DNA from: Eledone cirrhosa
Taxonomy: Eukaryota
NCBI GenBank assembly: GCA_964016885.1
Contig: OZ024752.1
Coordinates: 46,562,001 to 46,626,000, forward strand
Length of the DNA: 64,000 nucleotides
Direction of reading: 5' to 3'
Shown here piece after piece: positions 39,551 to 54,008 of this stretch. Under the pieces are notes generated by a model that was not told the origin of the DNA, ran no database searches, and was given only the letters and a program-made list of their open reading frames with translations. The position numbers and the translations under genes were made by a program. How positions within the stretch are numbered: the stretch's first letter is position 1; every line of letters begins with the position of its first letter.

Positions 39551-41170
39551 TCCCCACCTCTCTCTCTATAGGGTGTTCCCAAAAAATGTATACACATATT
39601 TATTAGAATGCTGGTGAAGTGTGTATACAATTTTTTAGGACACCCTCTCACCTTCACTCCCCACCTCTCTCTCTATATAGGGTGTCCCCCAAAAAATGTA
39701 TGCACATATTTATTAGAATGCTGGTGAAGTGTGTATACAATTTTTTAGGACACCCTCTCACCTTCACTCCCCACCTCTCTCTCTCTATAGGGTGTCCCCA
39801 AAAAATGTATGCACATATTTATTAGAATGCTGGTGAAGTGTGTATACAATTTTTTAGGACACCCTCTCACCTTCACTCCCCACCTCTCTCTCTATAGGGT
39901 GTCCCCAAAAAATGTATACACATATTTATTAGAATGCTGGTGAAGTGTGTATACAATTTTTTAGGACACCCTCTCACCTTCACTCCCCACCTCTCTCTCT
40001 CTAGGGTGTCCCAAAAAAATGTATACACATATTTATTAGAATGCTGGTGAAGTGTGTATACAATTTTTTAGGACACCCTCTCACCTTCACTCCCCACCTC
40101 TCTCTCTATAGGGTGTCCCCCAAAAAATGTATGCACATATTTATTAGAATGCTGGTGAAGTGTGTATACATTTTTTTAGGACACCCTCTCACCTTCACTC
40201 CCCACCTCTCTCTCTCTATAGGGTGTCCCCCAAAAATGTATGCACATATTTATTAGAATGCTGGTGAAGTGTGTATACAATTTTTTAGGACACCCTCTCA
40301 CCTTCACTCCCCACCTCTCTCTCTCTATAGGGTGTCCCCAAAAAATGTATGCACATATTTATTAGAATGCTGGTGAAGTGTGTATACAATTTTTTAGGAC
40401 ACCCTCTCACCTTCACTCCCCACCTCTCTCTCTATAGGGTGTCCCCAAAAAATGTATACACATATTTATTAGAATGCTGGTGAAGTGTGTATACAATTTT
40501 TTAGGACACCCTCTCACCTTCACTCCCCACCTCTCTCTCTATAAAGTGTCCCAAAAAAATGTATACACATATTTATTAGAATGCTGGTGAAGTGTGTATA
40601 CAATTTTTTAGGACACCCTCTCACCTTCACTCCCCACCTCTCTCTCTCTAGGGTGTCCCCCAAAAAATGTATGCACATATTTATTAGAATGCTGGTGAAG
40701 TGTGTATACAATTTTTTAGGACACCCTCTCACCTTCACTCCCACCTCTCTCTCTCTATAGGGTGTCCCCAAAAAATGTATACACATATTTATTAGAATGC
40801 TGGTGAAGTGTGTATACAATTTTTTAGGACACCCTCTCACCTTCACTCCCCACCTCTCTCTCTATAGGGTGTCCCCCAAAAATGTATACACATTTATTAG
40901 AATGCTGGTGAAGTGTGTATACAATTTTTTAGGACACCTTCTCACCTTCACTCCCCACCTCTCTCTCTATAGGGTGTCCCCCCAAAAATGTATACACATA
41001 TTTATTAGAATGCTGGTGAAGTGTGTATACAATTTTTTAGGACACCCTCTCACCTTCACTCCCCACCTCTCTCTCTATAGGGTGTCCCCCCAAAAATGTA
41101 TGCACATATTTATTAGAATGCTGGTGAAGTGTGTATACATTTTTTTAGGACACCCTCTCACCTTCACTCT
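39551..41170. repeat. about 108-bp satellite, about 15 copies, each unit holding a complete Tc1/mariner-type mini-MITE
   Basis: Every unit carries the inverted ends AGGGTGTCCC.AAAAAATGTATACAC...GTGTATACAATTTTTTAGGACACCCT. Solo relatives at 45612-45705, 60270-60340 and 62465-62530. Confidence 0.9.
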
Positions 41171-41479
41171 TCCCAAAACCATTTCATTAGATCAATATGT
41201 AAACATCCATTGAAAATCAGGTGAACTTTCCCTATCTTCTCTCTCACACCGTGGTATCACTGTTTCACAGAGAAACACTGTTTCTTCTTTCCAGAAACTT
41301 CTATGCTTGTGTTCACATTGCCTTGTAAGCTTCTAAGATTAAGATTTTGAAAAAGAAAAAGAAAGAAAAAAGAAAAAGAAAGAAAAAAATATATATATAT
41401 ATTTTACTGATTACTTTACCATGAGTATGTAACATAAAAACTATGTCTCTCTGTGTGTATATATATATGTATATATTTG

Positions 41480-41528
<49 letters not shown>

Positions 41529-43659
41529 ATATGTATATATATATGTATATATATATGTATATATTTGTATGTATGTATATATATATATATATATGTGTGT
41601 ATATGTATATATATATATGTATATATATATGTATATGTGTGTATATGTATATATATATATGTATATATATATGTATATATTTGTATGTATGTATATATAT
41701 ATATATATGTGTGAGTAATGGAAGTATGAGTAATGGAAGCTTTCCAGCTGTCCCCACACTTCAAAGATTGCTCGACCAGAGGGAGTTATTAACAATATAT
41801 TTAGAAACACACAGATACATGCGGACACACACATATATACATGAATGCATCCGCACCCAACTGTGAGTTAAGGGTGCCAACTTCACCGATGTTGCTCAAT
41901 GAATGACTGGGACAGACCAATTCAGTTATATATATATATATATATATATATATACTTTAACCCTTGTATTACCAATTCAGCTAAAACCAGCTCTGGTTCT
42001 ATGAAATAAAACCACTCATTTTAAAGGTTTCTAATTAAAATTAAAATCTTCCAACATAGTTTTATATAAGAACCTTACACTAAGTTAATATCTTAATAAA
42101 ATAATTAATAGTTTTAGTAAATCCCTCAAAATTCTTCATTAATTAATTAAAATAGAGTTGTACTTACTTCATTAGAAATGCAGTCATGAAAGTGTTAATG
42201 TTTCACAATTATATAATACGTATTTCTATGGTCAGCACAAGACAATCAGTGATGTCATCTGATGTATAGAACTTAAATGTTTTAAAAGATTTTGTTCAGT
42301 AATCCCTACTGGGTTAGAGCAAAGAATTGATACAGAAGTGACCCGGCTAGCAATCCGATGACTACAGTGGAACAGAAACCAGTGGTGGTGGTGATGGGGG
42401 GGGGGGGGGGTAGTGCTGGGAAGGTAACTAAGAGTGAGGAAAGTTAGGGCAATGAAGATGATGATGATGATGGTGGTTATGATGTTGATGAGGATAAAGA
42501 TGATGATGGTGATAGTAGTTATGATGATGATGATGATGGTGGTATTTTTTGTTTCCAAAATTCAGACATCATTCTTCAAACCATTATCTTCATGTAATAT
42601 TTCTGTTTCTAAACTCCAGAACAATACAAATTCTATCTGCTTAGATTTGTTATTCAATTCTATCAAAAAATTGATTTGTCCACCCCTCACCCTTCACATT
42701 TCTTCTTTCTTTTTTTTTTCTTTCTTTCTACTAGATTCTAATCCTTCTTTAAACTAATTTTTTTTTATTTTTTTTTTTAGATCATATCCTGACATTTGCA
42801 AACTTAATTCTCTGGGTTTTGCATCATGTCATTTCAGAATTATATTATTACTAGCAGTACCACCCGTCATTGCCCGGATGCTGAATATGTAGAAGATTTA
42901 TTTTATTATTTTTTGGTAAATTTAAGTAACTTAAATTGTAACAATAGTTATATTTTTATACGCAATAGATTTCTCAACCTAAATTTACTTCTTACTATTT
43001 TACACACGCCTAAATAATAGTTATCCCCACCCCTTATATAACAACTGGTATGGTGGTGTGGTGGCTAGCATGGGATATCCAAAAGAACATCCAACCATTT
43101 TACTTTAGTACTCAATATAACAACTGGTACAGTGATGTGGTGGCTAGCATGGCATATCCAAAAGATGAGGTATGGTCCATAGTCAGAATCTTACAATCAT
43201 TAGCCAAATACACTTACCACTAAGCCATGCACTTCACCATACATAGATACATACATACTCACACAGACACACACATACATACACACAAACATATATACAC
43301 TGAGGAATTCTTTAAATCTATAAGGTCAGTGACAAGAGAATTATTTCAAGATGTCCATTATTCTCATTAGACTGACCTTTCCTAAAGTATAAAACATTAA
43401 CAGACAAAATGTCTTTCTCTCTATCTGATGCATTCATCTTAATTCTAACAACATTTAAAATACTTCAAATGATACGATAAACCTCTGTTGGTTTCAGCAA
43501 TGTGTGTTCTAGTGAGTTCCAGTTGTTTGATCAATGGAACAGCCTGCTTATGTAATTCTCAGGGAGATTCAGTAGGAAACAGTGTGTGATAAGGCTGGCT
43601 GTTTGAATTACAGATACAGTCCGTCCGACAGTTTTCTATCTAAGTGGGCGTGTTGATGA

Positions 43660-43968
43660 TATGATAAAATACACCCAGTACACTCTGTAAAGTGGTACTG
43701 TTGATACCACAATAAAATACACCCAGTACACTCTGTAAAGTGGTAGTGTTGGTGGTACAATAAAATACACCCAGTACACTCTGTAAAGTGGTAGTGCTGG
43801 TATTACAATAAAATACACCCAGTACACTCTGTAAAGTGGTAGTGCTAGTACTACAATAAAATACACCCAGTACACTCTGTAAAGTGGTAGTATTGGTGGT
43901 ACAATAAAATACACCCAGTACACTCTGTAAAGTGGGGCGGTTTGATACTACAATAAAATACACCCAGT
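43660..43968. repeat. 48-bp minisatellite, family of 1789-2704
   Basis: About 6 copies of AAATACACCCAGTACACTCTGTAAAGTGGTAG. Confidence 0.9.
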
Positions 43969-44027
43969 TGTTGTTACTGTTACTGTTGTTGCTGTTGTTG
44001 CTGTTGTTGTTGCTGTTGTTGCTTGAG

Positions 44028-45121
44028 TATATGTATGTGTGTGTATGTATTTGTGTGTGTATGTGTATGTGTATGTGTGTGAGTGTGTATGCTTGTATAA
44101 AAGCACATGTTATCAGCAAATGTTTTGGCATAAGTATGTTAGTCATTCTATGGAGGTTATGTGTGCATGTGTGTATGTATGTGTGTATGTATGTATGTAT
44201 GTGTGTATGTATGTATGTATGTATGTATGTATGTGTGTATGTATGTGTGTATGTATGTGTGCATGTGTGTATGTATGTGCGTATGTATGTGTGTATGTAT
44301 GTGTGCATGTATGTGTGTATGTATGTGTGTATGCATGTGTGTATGTATGTGTGTATGTGTGTATGTATGTGTGTATGCATGTGTGTATGTATGCATGTGT
44401 ATGTATGTGTGAGTGCGTGAAAGTGTGTACACGTGTGTGCGTGTGTGTTTGTGTGAGTGTGTGAAAGTGTGTGTATGTGTGTGTGTGTATGCATGTGTTT
44501 GTGTGAGTGTGTGAAAGTGTGTACACATGTGTGTGCGTGTGTGTGTTTAAATCCATGTTGCTAGCGTGTACTCTGATGTGAATGCGTGCAGTGTCTGTGA
44601 GAAATGAGGCATTTATAATTTGGAGGGGGGGGCAGAGGAGGAGGAGGGGGAGGGGGAGACAATAAGAGGAGAAGAGATGAGAGATGAGAGTCGGTAGGAG
44701 GGTTAAACTTATACACACACACACACATACATATATATATATGTATATATGTATGTATGTATATATATATATGTATATATGTGTGTGTCTGTGTGTATGT
44801 GTGTATATATATATGTATGTGTGTGTATGTGTATGTATATATATATGTGTGTGTGTGTATGTGTATGTATATATATATATGTGTGTGTGTATGTGTATGT
44901 ATATATATATGTGTGTGTGTGTATGTGTATGTATATATATATATATGTGTGTGTGTTAATGTGTGTATATATATATATGTGTGTGTGTGTATGTGTATGT
45001 ATATATATATGTGTGTGTGTTAATGTGTGTATATATATTTGTGTGTGCGTGTATGTGTATATATATATATATGTGTGTGTGTGTATGTGTATATATATAT
45101 GTGTGTGTATGTGTGTGTATG

Positions 45122-45154
<33 letters not shown>

Positions 45155-45189
45155 ATGTGTATGTATATATATATATATGTGTGTGTGTG

Positions 45190-45238
<49 letters not shown>

Positions 45239-45301
45239 TAATGTGTGTATATATATATGTGTGTGTGTGTATGTGTATGTATATATATATATGTGTGTGT
45301 G

Positions 45302-45350
<49 letters not shown>

Positions 45351-45516
45351 ATGTGTGTGTGTGTGTGTGTGTAGAATAATAAGCTACACATGTAGTTGTG
45401 AATATATAGTATATTGTATGTATGTATATATATATATATATATATATACATATATATGTATGTATATAGACACACACATCATAAATATAAACAAAGAAAG
45501 AATTGATGAGGTCATA

Positions 45517-45612
<96 letters not shown>
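44028..45612. repeat. (GT)n/(TA)n/(GTAT)n microsatellite block
   Basis: Simple repeats. Confidence 0.92.
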
Positions 45613-46422
45613 ACCAAAAATGTATACACACTTTGATTACCTGTACAGGCAATATTTATTAGAATGCTGTTGAAGTGTGTATACATTTTTGGTGGACACC
45701 CTGTATATATGTGAGTGTGTGTGTGTGTCTCTGTGTGCGTGTGTGTATCTGTACACACACACACTTATTGATTAACTATTTACATAAACACCTGCTGTTT
45801 AGAATGATTGTTTTTCCAAACACTAATTAGAATTCTTCTATAAAACAGGTAACTCTAAGACATTGACTTCTGAGACAGATACGAAACCAAAGTGTTTGGG
45901 AGTGGGAGACAGAATGTTGCTAATTAACCCTTTAATTACCATATTTCTAATGAAATACACTCAATGTTAATTTAATAGACATTTTGATACTAACCCAGCT
46001 AAAACCGGCTCTGGTTCTATGAAACAAAACTCCCTATTTTGAAGGGTTCTTATTTAACCCTTTAGCATTTAAACCGGTCATATCCGGCCAGAATTCTCTC
46101 ACCTCTTTCTGTTCAAACCATGGCGTAGGCATTACAATACAATGGGAGGCAACATAATAGTACCACTGATGATGTCTCAGATGTGTGACGAAAGAACTTT
46201 GATAGACTATATCTCTTTTACTCTTTTACCTGTTTCAGCCATCCGGCTGAGGCCATGCTGGGGCACCGATATATATTTATATCTGTATTTTTAACTGTTG
46301 GTCAATCAATGATAAACATTGATTGCCAGATAAATTAACTATGGAGATATAAAAGATACAGAAGCAAAAACCAACCCAAACCAAACAATGAGTGTGTTCT
46401 GTTATTATTTCTGTCAATATTA

Positions 46423-46607
46423 GGCAGTGAATTGGCAGGGTTGGTAGAGGGTTGGACACCACGCCTTCTAGCATAGTTACATCCTTTTACGGTCTGAGTT
46501 CAAATCCCGCCGAGGTTAACTTTGCCTTTCATCCTTACGGGGTCGATAAAATCAAGTACCAGTAATGTACTGGGATAATTGCTGGCCTTGTGCCAAAAGT
46601 AGTAACA
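46423..46607 (+). mobile_element. SINE family A, full length, with an about 19-bp target-site duplication
   Basis: Flanked by ATTATTTCTGTCAATATTA and ATTATTTTTGGCAACATTA; an empty paralogous site is at about 27359. Confidence 0.88.
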
Positions 46608-46795
46608 ATTATTTTTGGCAACATTATAACAATATGACCCTCCCCAAATATAACAATATATATATATATATATATATTTAAAGCAATGAAATACCAATGA
46701 AGGTTGGAAGATCACTGATGAAGGACTAATTTTATTAATATGTAACCCATGTGCAACCACGCAGAACTCCATTTTTCTTATATTTATATATATTT

Positions 46796-46856
<61 letters not shown>

Positions 46857-46949
46857 ATATGGTTAGTTTCAGAAGATCCCGTTAAGGGTGAAAGTACCGA
46901 TTCTTTGCTTAAACTTTAATCTGTTATTTTAATAAATATATATATATAT

Positions 46950-47479
46950 ATTGTTATATGTGTGTGTATACTTATACATATATATATATATATATATTGT
47001 TATATGTGTGTATATACTTATACATACATATATATATATAGATATATATTGTTATATGTGTGTGTATACTTATACATACATATATATATATATATATATA
47101 TTGTTATATGTGTGTGTATACTTATACATACATATATATATATATATATATTGTTATATGTGTGTGTATACTTATACATACATATATATATATAGATATA
47201 TATTGTTATATGTGTGTGTATACTTATACATACATATATATATATATATATATTGTTATATGTGTGTGTATACTTATACATACATATATATATATATATA
47301 TATTGTTATATGTGTGTGTATACTTATACATACATATATATATATATATATATTGTTATATGTGTGTGTATACTTATACATACATATATATATATAGATA
47401 TATATTGTTATATGTGTGTGTATACTTATACATACATATATATATATATATATATATTGTTATATGTGTGTGTATACTT

Positions 47480-47511
<32 letters not shown>

Positions 47512-47533
47512 TGTTATATGTGTGTGTATACTT

Positions 47534-47565
<32 letters not shown>

Positions 47566-47627
47566 TGTTATATGTGTGTGTATACTTATACATACATATA
47601 TATATATATATATTGTTATATGTGTGT
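46950..47627. repeat. about 50-bp compound minisatellite (TTGTTATATGTGTGTGTATACTTATACATAC(AT)n)
   Basis: About 13 tandem copies. Confidence 0.9.
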
Positions 47628-47801
47628 GCTCAAATCATAAAAGATACAAAACCATCAAGGAGAATATATGAACTAAAGATAGTACGGTTTACAGAACGGT
47701 TCATATCCCTTAATCCATCCTTTTACTTGAGTTCTATGAACCGAACTATCTTTAGTTAATATATTCTTCACCATGATGGTTTTATATCCCTTATGAGTTT
47801 A

Positions 47802-47863
<62 letters not shown>

Positions 47864-47972
47864 ATGTGTGTATGTGTGTTCTTTTCTCTTTATTCTGTTA
47901 TAAAGAGCTCGGAATTTTTTCCTTGAGCTTATTTGATTATAAGAAAATATTGTGAGTTTTTAACTCATGTTA

Positions 47973-48037
<65 letters not shown>

Positions 48038-48139
48038 AACGAGTAGGACCCCACTCGTTCCTATTCCCACTCTACTACCCTAAGTATTGAATACTTTGGT
48101 GCGTTATGGTCCACCTGGTTCCTTACCACATTTCCTTCG

Positions 48140-48193
<54 letters not shown>

Positions 48194-48223
48194 AGATCAA
48201 AAAATGGTTAAAAGTGTTCCAAG

Positions 48224-48294
48224 TATTTTATTATGCGCATTTCAAAAACAAATATCATCATGAGATGATATCTGCGTTTTCATCAGATAAAATA
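48224..48294 (-). ncRNA. well-formed type I hammerhead ribozyme motif
   Basis: Minus strand reads TATTTTAT-CTGATGA-AAACGCAGATATCATC tcat GATGATATTTGTTTTT-GAAA-TGCGCA-TA-ATAAAATA: 8-bp stem I, long stem II, palindromic stem III. Confidence 0.8.
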
Positions 48295-48347
48295 GGGATA
48301 CATGATATGAAGGTTAAAAAACACTTGTGAATAGTGAAGTTTTAAAT

Positions 48348-48384
<37 letters not shown>

Positions 48385-48512
48385 TATATATATATATATA
48401 TATACCTATATATGCATATATATATATATATGTGAACCTACAGTAATTCCAAGTTAAACTCCCTGGATATATATGCAAGCAGGGAAAAGCGGACGTAAAA
48501 TGATGATGATGA

Positions 48513-48618
<106 letters not shown>

Positions 48619-49039
48619 GGGATATATAAGCATATATATATATAGAGAGAGAGACAGACAGGTGACATATATATATTATTGTCTAATTATTTCTATAGTT
48701 TTGTATCCAATAAGAAAGATGTGTGATATTTAAGTCTTGAGAGAAATGGCTCTGTAATTAGTTCTGCTTGATTCCATTATTGAGCACACTGCAGCTTTTC
48801 TCATCAAATAACATTTCTGATGTTTATATGTCAAGAGAGTTTACTTGACTTTCTTATAACATTCATACATACTCACACACATATCTGTATCATCATCATT
48901 TAACATCCATTTTTCCATGCTAGCATGGGTTAAATGTGTTGTCCTGTTGTGAGTCAAGCTAGATCAGATAACTATCTTGCTCATACTGGACTGATCTTTG
49001 CTTGGTTTCTACATCTGGATGTCCTTCCTAATGCCAACC

Positions 49040-49335
49040 ATATTTACAGAGTGGACTGGGTGCTTTTTGTTGTGACACCAACATGAACACTTTACAGTGT
49101 GGACTGGGTACTTTTTGTTGTGACACCTACACGACCACTTTACAGTGTGGACTGGGTACTTTTTGTCGTGACACCTACACGACCACTTTACAGTGTGGAC
49201 TGGGTGCTTTTTGTTGTGACACCTACACGACCACTTTACAGTGTGGACTGGGTGCTTTTTGTCGTGACACCTACATGACCACTTTACAGTGTGGACTGGG
49301 TACTTTTTGTCGTGACACCTACACAACACTTTACA
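49040..49335. repeat. 48-bp minisatellite expanded inside a family C element
   Basis: GTGACACCTACACGACCACTTTACAGTGTGGACTGGGT repeats directly continue the element at 48890-49040. Confidence 0.9.
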
Positions 49336-49862
49336 TACATACATATATACATATATAACAATGCATAAGACCCAAAGAGTTAATCATATTACATACATTC
49401 ATATATATACATATATATATATATATATGCGCACATACACATAGATATATACATAGATGGGGGGGTTGGGTTGCTTATAGTAGTGATGGTGGGGGTGATG
49501 AAGGTTGAAGCAGTGATATTGGAATTGATAATAGAGAGTAAAAACCAATTTAGTTTAGTATTAAATGTTGTTGTCAAATGGAAATGATTTCTCTGTCTTT
49601 CTAGAAGAAACTATTAACTTTTACACATAATATGTCAATATTGTTATCTCATTTAGATTGTGGCTTCACCAGGCTTTGATCTTCGGGGATTATGGCTCAT
49701 ACACTATCATATATACTTCTGTTTGTATGCAGGGGTAGATGTATGTATAGATCTGTGTGTGTGTATGTGTGTACGTATGTATGGATAGATGTACATATGT
49801 ATGTATGTATATATGGATGTATGTTTGGATAGATGTGTGTATGTATGTATGTACGTATGTAT

Positions 49863-49901
<39 letters not shown>

Positions 49902-49970
49902 GTAATAATGATAATAATGAAATATTGTGTACAGTGCTCAGGTGCACTACAACTCATCCAAAAGTGTATG

Positions 49971-50058
<88 letters not shown>

Positions 50059-50097
50059 GATATTAATAAATGGAAGCTATATTTATAAAACCATATT

Positions 50098-50162
50098 TAT
50101 TTCATTATACATATTTCAGGGATACCAAATTAAATTATGGTATGCCTTCATCAGACAAAATA
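50098..50162 (-). ncRNA. hammerhead motif; family shared with 56492 and 63207/63312
   Basis: Minus strand reads TATTTTGT-CTGATGA-AGGCATACCA...TGGTATCCCT-GAAA-TATGTA-TA-ATGAAATA. Confidence 0.72.
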
Positions 50163-50656
50163 CAATATATAACAGTTTTACAAATAAGCTTTGACGTACC
50201 CTTTTAAAGTGCGACCATTATTTTTGGACGCCATCTGGATAGTGAATTGTTTATATTATTTTAATAAGTCTTAGTGTTTAAGGACAATTAGAAAAATATA
50301 TATATATATATGGATGTGTGTGTGTATGTATGTGTGTATGTATGTGAGGATGGATGGATGCATGTATGTGTGTATGGATGTATGTATGGATAGATCTATA
50401 TATGTCTGTCATCATCATCATCATCATCGTTTAACGTCTATCTTCCACGCTAGCATGGGTTTAGACGGGAATTGTCCTACTTGAGGCAAGATTGGTCGTC
50501 TCGCTCGTATGGGACTGTCTGGCAGGTTTTCTACGGCTGGATGTCCTTCCTAACACCAACCACGTTTACAAGTGTGTATGTATATATATATATATGGATG
50601 GATGTGTGTATGTATGTGCGTATGGATGGCTGGATAAATGTGTGTATGTATGTATA

Positions 50657-50875
50657 CCAGGGGCGAAGGGTCTGTGCATGCAACGCATGCAGTGTATGCG
50701 TTATAGAATCTTGAATTGATCGATTGCATCGGTTGAAGCAAGCATAGGTAACACTACATACGGCTTTGACCGGGAGGGTCATTTAGGGGGGGGGGGGCTA
50801 GGGCTGCACAGCCCCACTTTCTGCCCTGGCGGTTGGACTGCATGCCCTGCTTTCCAGGTTACACTTCGCCACTGG
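50657..50875. mobile_element. hAT-like MITE
   Basis: Terminal inverted repeats CCAGGGGCGAAG and CTTCGCCACTGG around a GC-rich insert; no clear TSD. Confidence 0.5.
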
Positions 50876-51517
50876 TATATATGTATATATATGAATGGAT
50901 GTTTGTATGTATGTATATATGGATGGATGGATGGATAGATGCGTGTATGTGTGTGTGTGTGTGTATATATGTGTGTGTGTATGCATGGATGGCTATATGT
51001 ATTTATGAACGTGTGTATGTATGTATGGATATATATATATGAACATATGTATGTATATATGTATATATGTTTGTACGGAGGGATGTATATGAACCGGCCA
51101 TATCCAGCCAGAATTCTCTCACCTCTTTATGTACAAACCGACTGTAACCAGCCATTCATACTAATGTTAAGGTATTGTTCTCAAAATAAATAATATCAAA
51201 ATCTCATAGATTCATTACTATGTGAGATAATTATGGTCAACACTAACAGAGAATGAAAGAAAACTTCAGACAAAAATATGAACTTTCCTCTCTCTGTATG
51301 TAAAAAGTAATAATTTATTTTCTCCATTTTATTAATATTCGTATAAATATGTAATTTAACTGCACTATACACTTCCGTCGTTGAAGACTCATATAAAGCT
51401 GAAACCGGTACACAATTAAATGCTGAAATCCCTACTTTATAAATAAATGTTTTGATATTATACTGAAAAAATCCCTGCACCATTTTCTACTGTATTTTAT
51501 TTTCCTTTTTACTATTT

Positions 51518-51582
<65 letters not shown>

Positions 51583-51947
51583 CATATTACCAGTGAGACC
51601 TTGGTTACCATGTTGAGGTCTGCTGAGGAACGAAATCCAACCGTGACCATCTCCACTGAAAGTTTTCGTGAAATAGTCTTTTCAAGACTATACAGAGCAT
51701 TTGAAGTTGTCCCAAATTGAAGGTTGAGTACTTTAGACTTTGTTTTATCATGTGTTAAGGCTCTATTGATTTTTCCCTGGATTTCCCTAAATTCTGTTGG
51801 ATAAATCTATATCCTGATTCCTTTTGAATTGAGTCTGAATTATTTTTCCCATATCTTATGTTAACTATTTTCCCATTTTGACGCTATAGTCACATATATG
51901 TTATCGAATACTGTCAGCTTCTCGCTACAACAATTTCTATACTTTTC

Positions 51948-51984
<37 letters not shown>

Positions 51985-51986
<2 letters not shown>

Positions 51987-52309
51987 ATTTCATTTCATTT
52001 TACGTCCGCTTGTTCCCTGCTTGAAAGCGTGGGATAGGAACTGATTCTGGCTTGATTTCTACAGCTGGATGCCCTTCCTAACACCAACCTCATTTACAGT
52101 GAGTGCTGGGTGCTTTTTTGCCGTGGCACCTGCACGACCACTTTGCAGTGGAATGATATGGACCCCAGTCCCTATCATCTCATTTCTACAGGTGAGTAAA
52201 CTGGAGCAATGTGAAATAAAGTATCTTGCTCAAGGAAACAACACATCACCCGGTCTGAGAATTGAACTCACAACCTTTTGATTGCAAGGCCACTAAGCCA
52301 TGTGCCTCC
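51985..52309 (-). mobile_element. SINE family B, full length, within (TA)n
   Basis: Matches 3261-3601. Confidence 0.88.
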
Positions 52310-52387
52310 ATATATATATATAATGTAGGAGGTGAGTTTTATTGTAGCACAATAAAGCAATGCAAATATCGGATAAGTAGCACTCTT

Positions 52388-52458
52388 TATTTTATCTGAT
52401 GAGAACGCAGATATCATCCCATGATGATATTTGTTTTTGAAATGCGCATAATAAAATA
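52388..52458 (+). ncRNA. well-formed type I hammerhead motif, copy of the 48224 family
   Basis: TATTTTAT-CTGATGA-GAACGCAGATATCATC ccat GATGATATTTGTTTTT-GAAA-TGCGCA-TA-ATAAAATA. Confidence 0.8.
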
Positions 52459-52488
52459 CTTGGAACTCTTTTAACCATCTTTTGATCT

Positions 52489-52521
<33 letters not shown>

Positions 52522-52685
52522 ACAAAGGAGTTGTGGTAAAGAACCAGATGGACCATAACGCACCAGAGTACTCAATACTTAGGGTAGTAGAGTGGGTAAT
52601 AGGAAAAAGTATGACCCCCTACTTTTTCCTATATATATGTGTGTGAGTGTGTGTATGTGTGCGTGTGTTTTTGTTTAATTTTGTG

Positions 52686-52727
<42 letters not shown>

Positions 52728-53064
52728 AGTCTCGAGTTCAATCGGGGTTACCACAGTAAGTAAGGTACTCAATACATTAGTAGAGTGTATACAACAAGAT
52801 TTAATATAGAAATGGCTTCTACAGGACTAGAACTGTTTCATTCAAAGGAAATCATGAGTTTTTCCTCATGATTTCCTTTGAATGAAACAGTTCTAGTCCT
52901 GTAGAAGCCATTTCTATATTAAATCTTGCTTTATATATATATATAATTATGTAATAAACAACATAAAATAATTATTTCATTTACCAGTGGTTTCTTGAAA
53001 GCAGATGTTGTCTGTCTTCAGTCGTCATATATATAGTGTGTGTACTACCATTAATATTAGCTTC

Positions 53065-53945
53065 TCCATTACCACCACCACCACTACTACTACTACCACT
53101 ACTACTACTACCTCCATCAACAGTAGCAGCAGCAAAAGTACTAATAACAGCAACAGCAGCAGTTGAACTATTACAGGTGGTTGTGGTGGTGGTGGTGGTG
53201 GTGGTAGTGGTGGTGGTAGTGGTGGTGGTGGTGGTGGTGGTAGTGGTGGTTGTGGTGGTGGTTGTGGTGGTGGTGGTGGTTGTGGTGGTGGTGGTGGTGG
53301 TGGTTGTGGTTGTGGTTGTGGTGGTTGTGGTGGTGGTGGTGGTGGTGGTGGTGGTTGTGGTTGTGGTGGTGGTGGTTGTGGTGGTGGTGGTGGTGGTAGT
53401 GGTGGTAGCGGTGGTGGTGGTAGTGATGGTGGTGGTAGTGATGGTGGTGGTGGTGGTGGTGGTAGTGGTCTTGATAGTGATAGTGGTGGTGGTGGTGATG
53501 GTAGTGATGGTGGTGGTGGTGGTGGTGGTGGTGGTGGTGGTGGTGGTGGTGGTGGTGGTGGTCTTGATAGTGATAGTGGTGGTGGTGATGTCAATAGTGA
53601 TGATGGTGGTAGTGGTAGTGTCACCTCCTCCTGCCACCACGGTTATAACCACTGCTTCTCCCCTCCTCTGCTTCATTCTCTCCACCACCACCACTGTAAC
53701 AACTACATCTCCACCACCACCACCACCACCACCACCGCAACAACTACTTCTCCTTCCTCCCTCTCCACCGCCACCACCACTGCAACAACTACATCTCCAC
53801 CCCCACCGCCACCACCACCGTAACAACTACTTCTCCTTCCTCCCTCTCTCTCCCCACCACCACCGTAACAACTACTCCTCTCTCCCCTCTCTCTCCACCA
53901 GTCTAACAACAACTCCTCCTCCTCTTCGTGTTCTTCCCACCACTA
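53065..53945. repeat. (GGT)n and (CCA/CCT)n low-complexity region upstream of the putative first exon
   Basis: Trinucleotide tracts that switch strand polarity at about 53620. Confidence 0.85.
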
Positions 53946-54008
53946 CTCACAGTAAACAGAGTCTCGTCAGCCACACACACACATACACACACACATCTAT
54001 CAGTTACG

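Noticed and set aside
46160-46210. CTGATGA-T-GTC...GAC-GAAA hammerhead-like core
   Set aside because: Stem II pairs, but stems I and III are not convincing in this copy, so it was not counted.
47670-47760. Hairpins here and at 62619-62722 as pre-miRNAs
   Set aside because: No known mature miRNA was recognised, and they fit the general fold-back inversion pattern.
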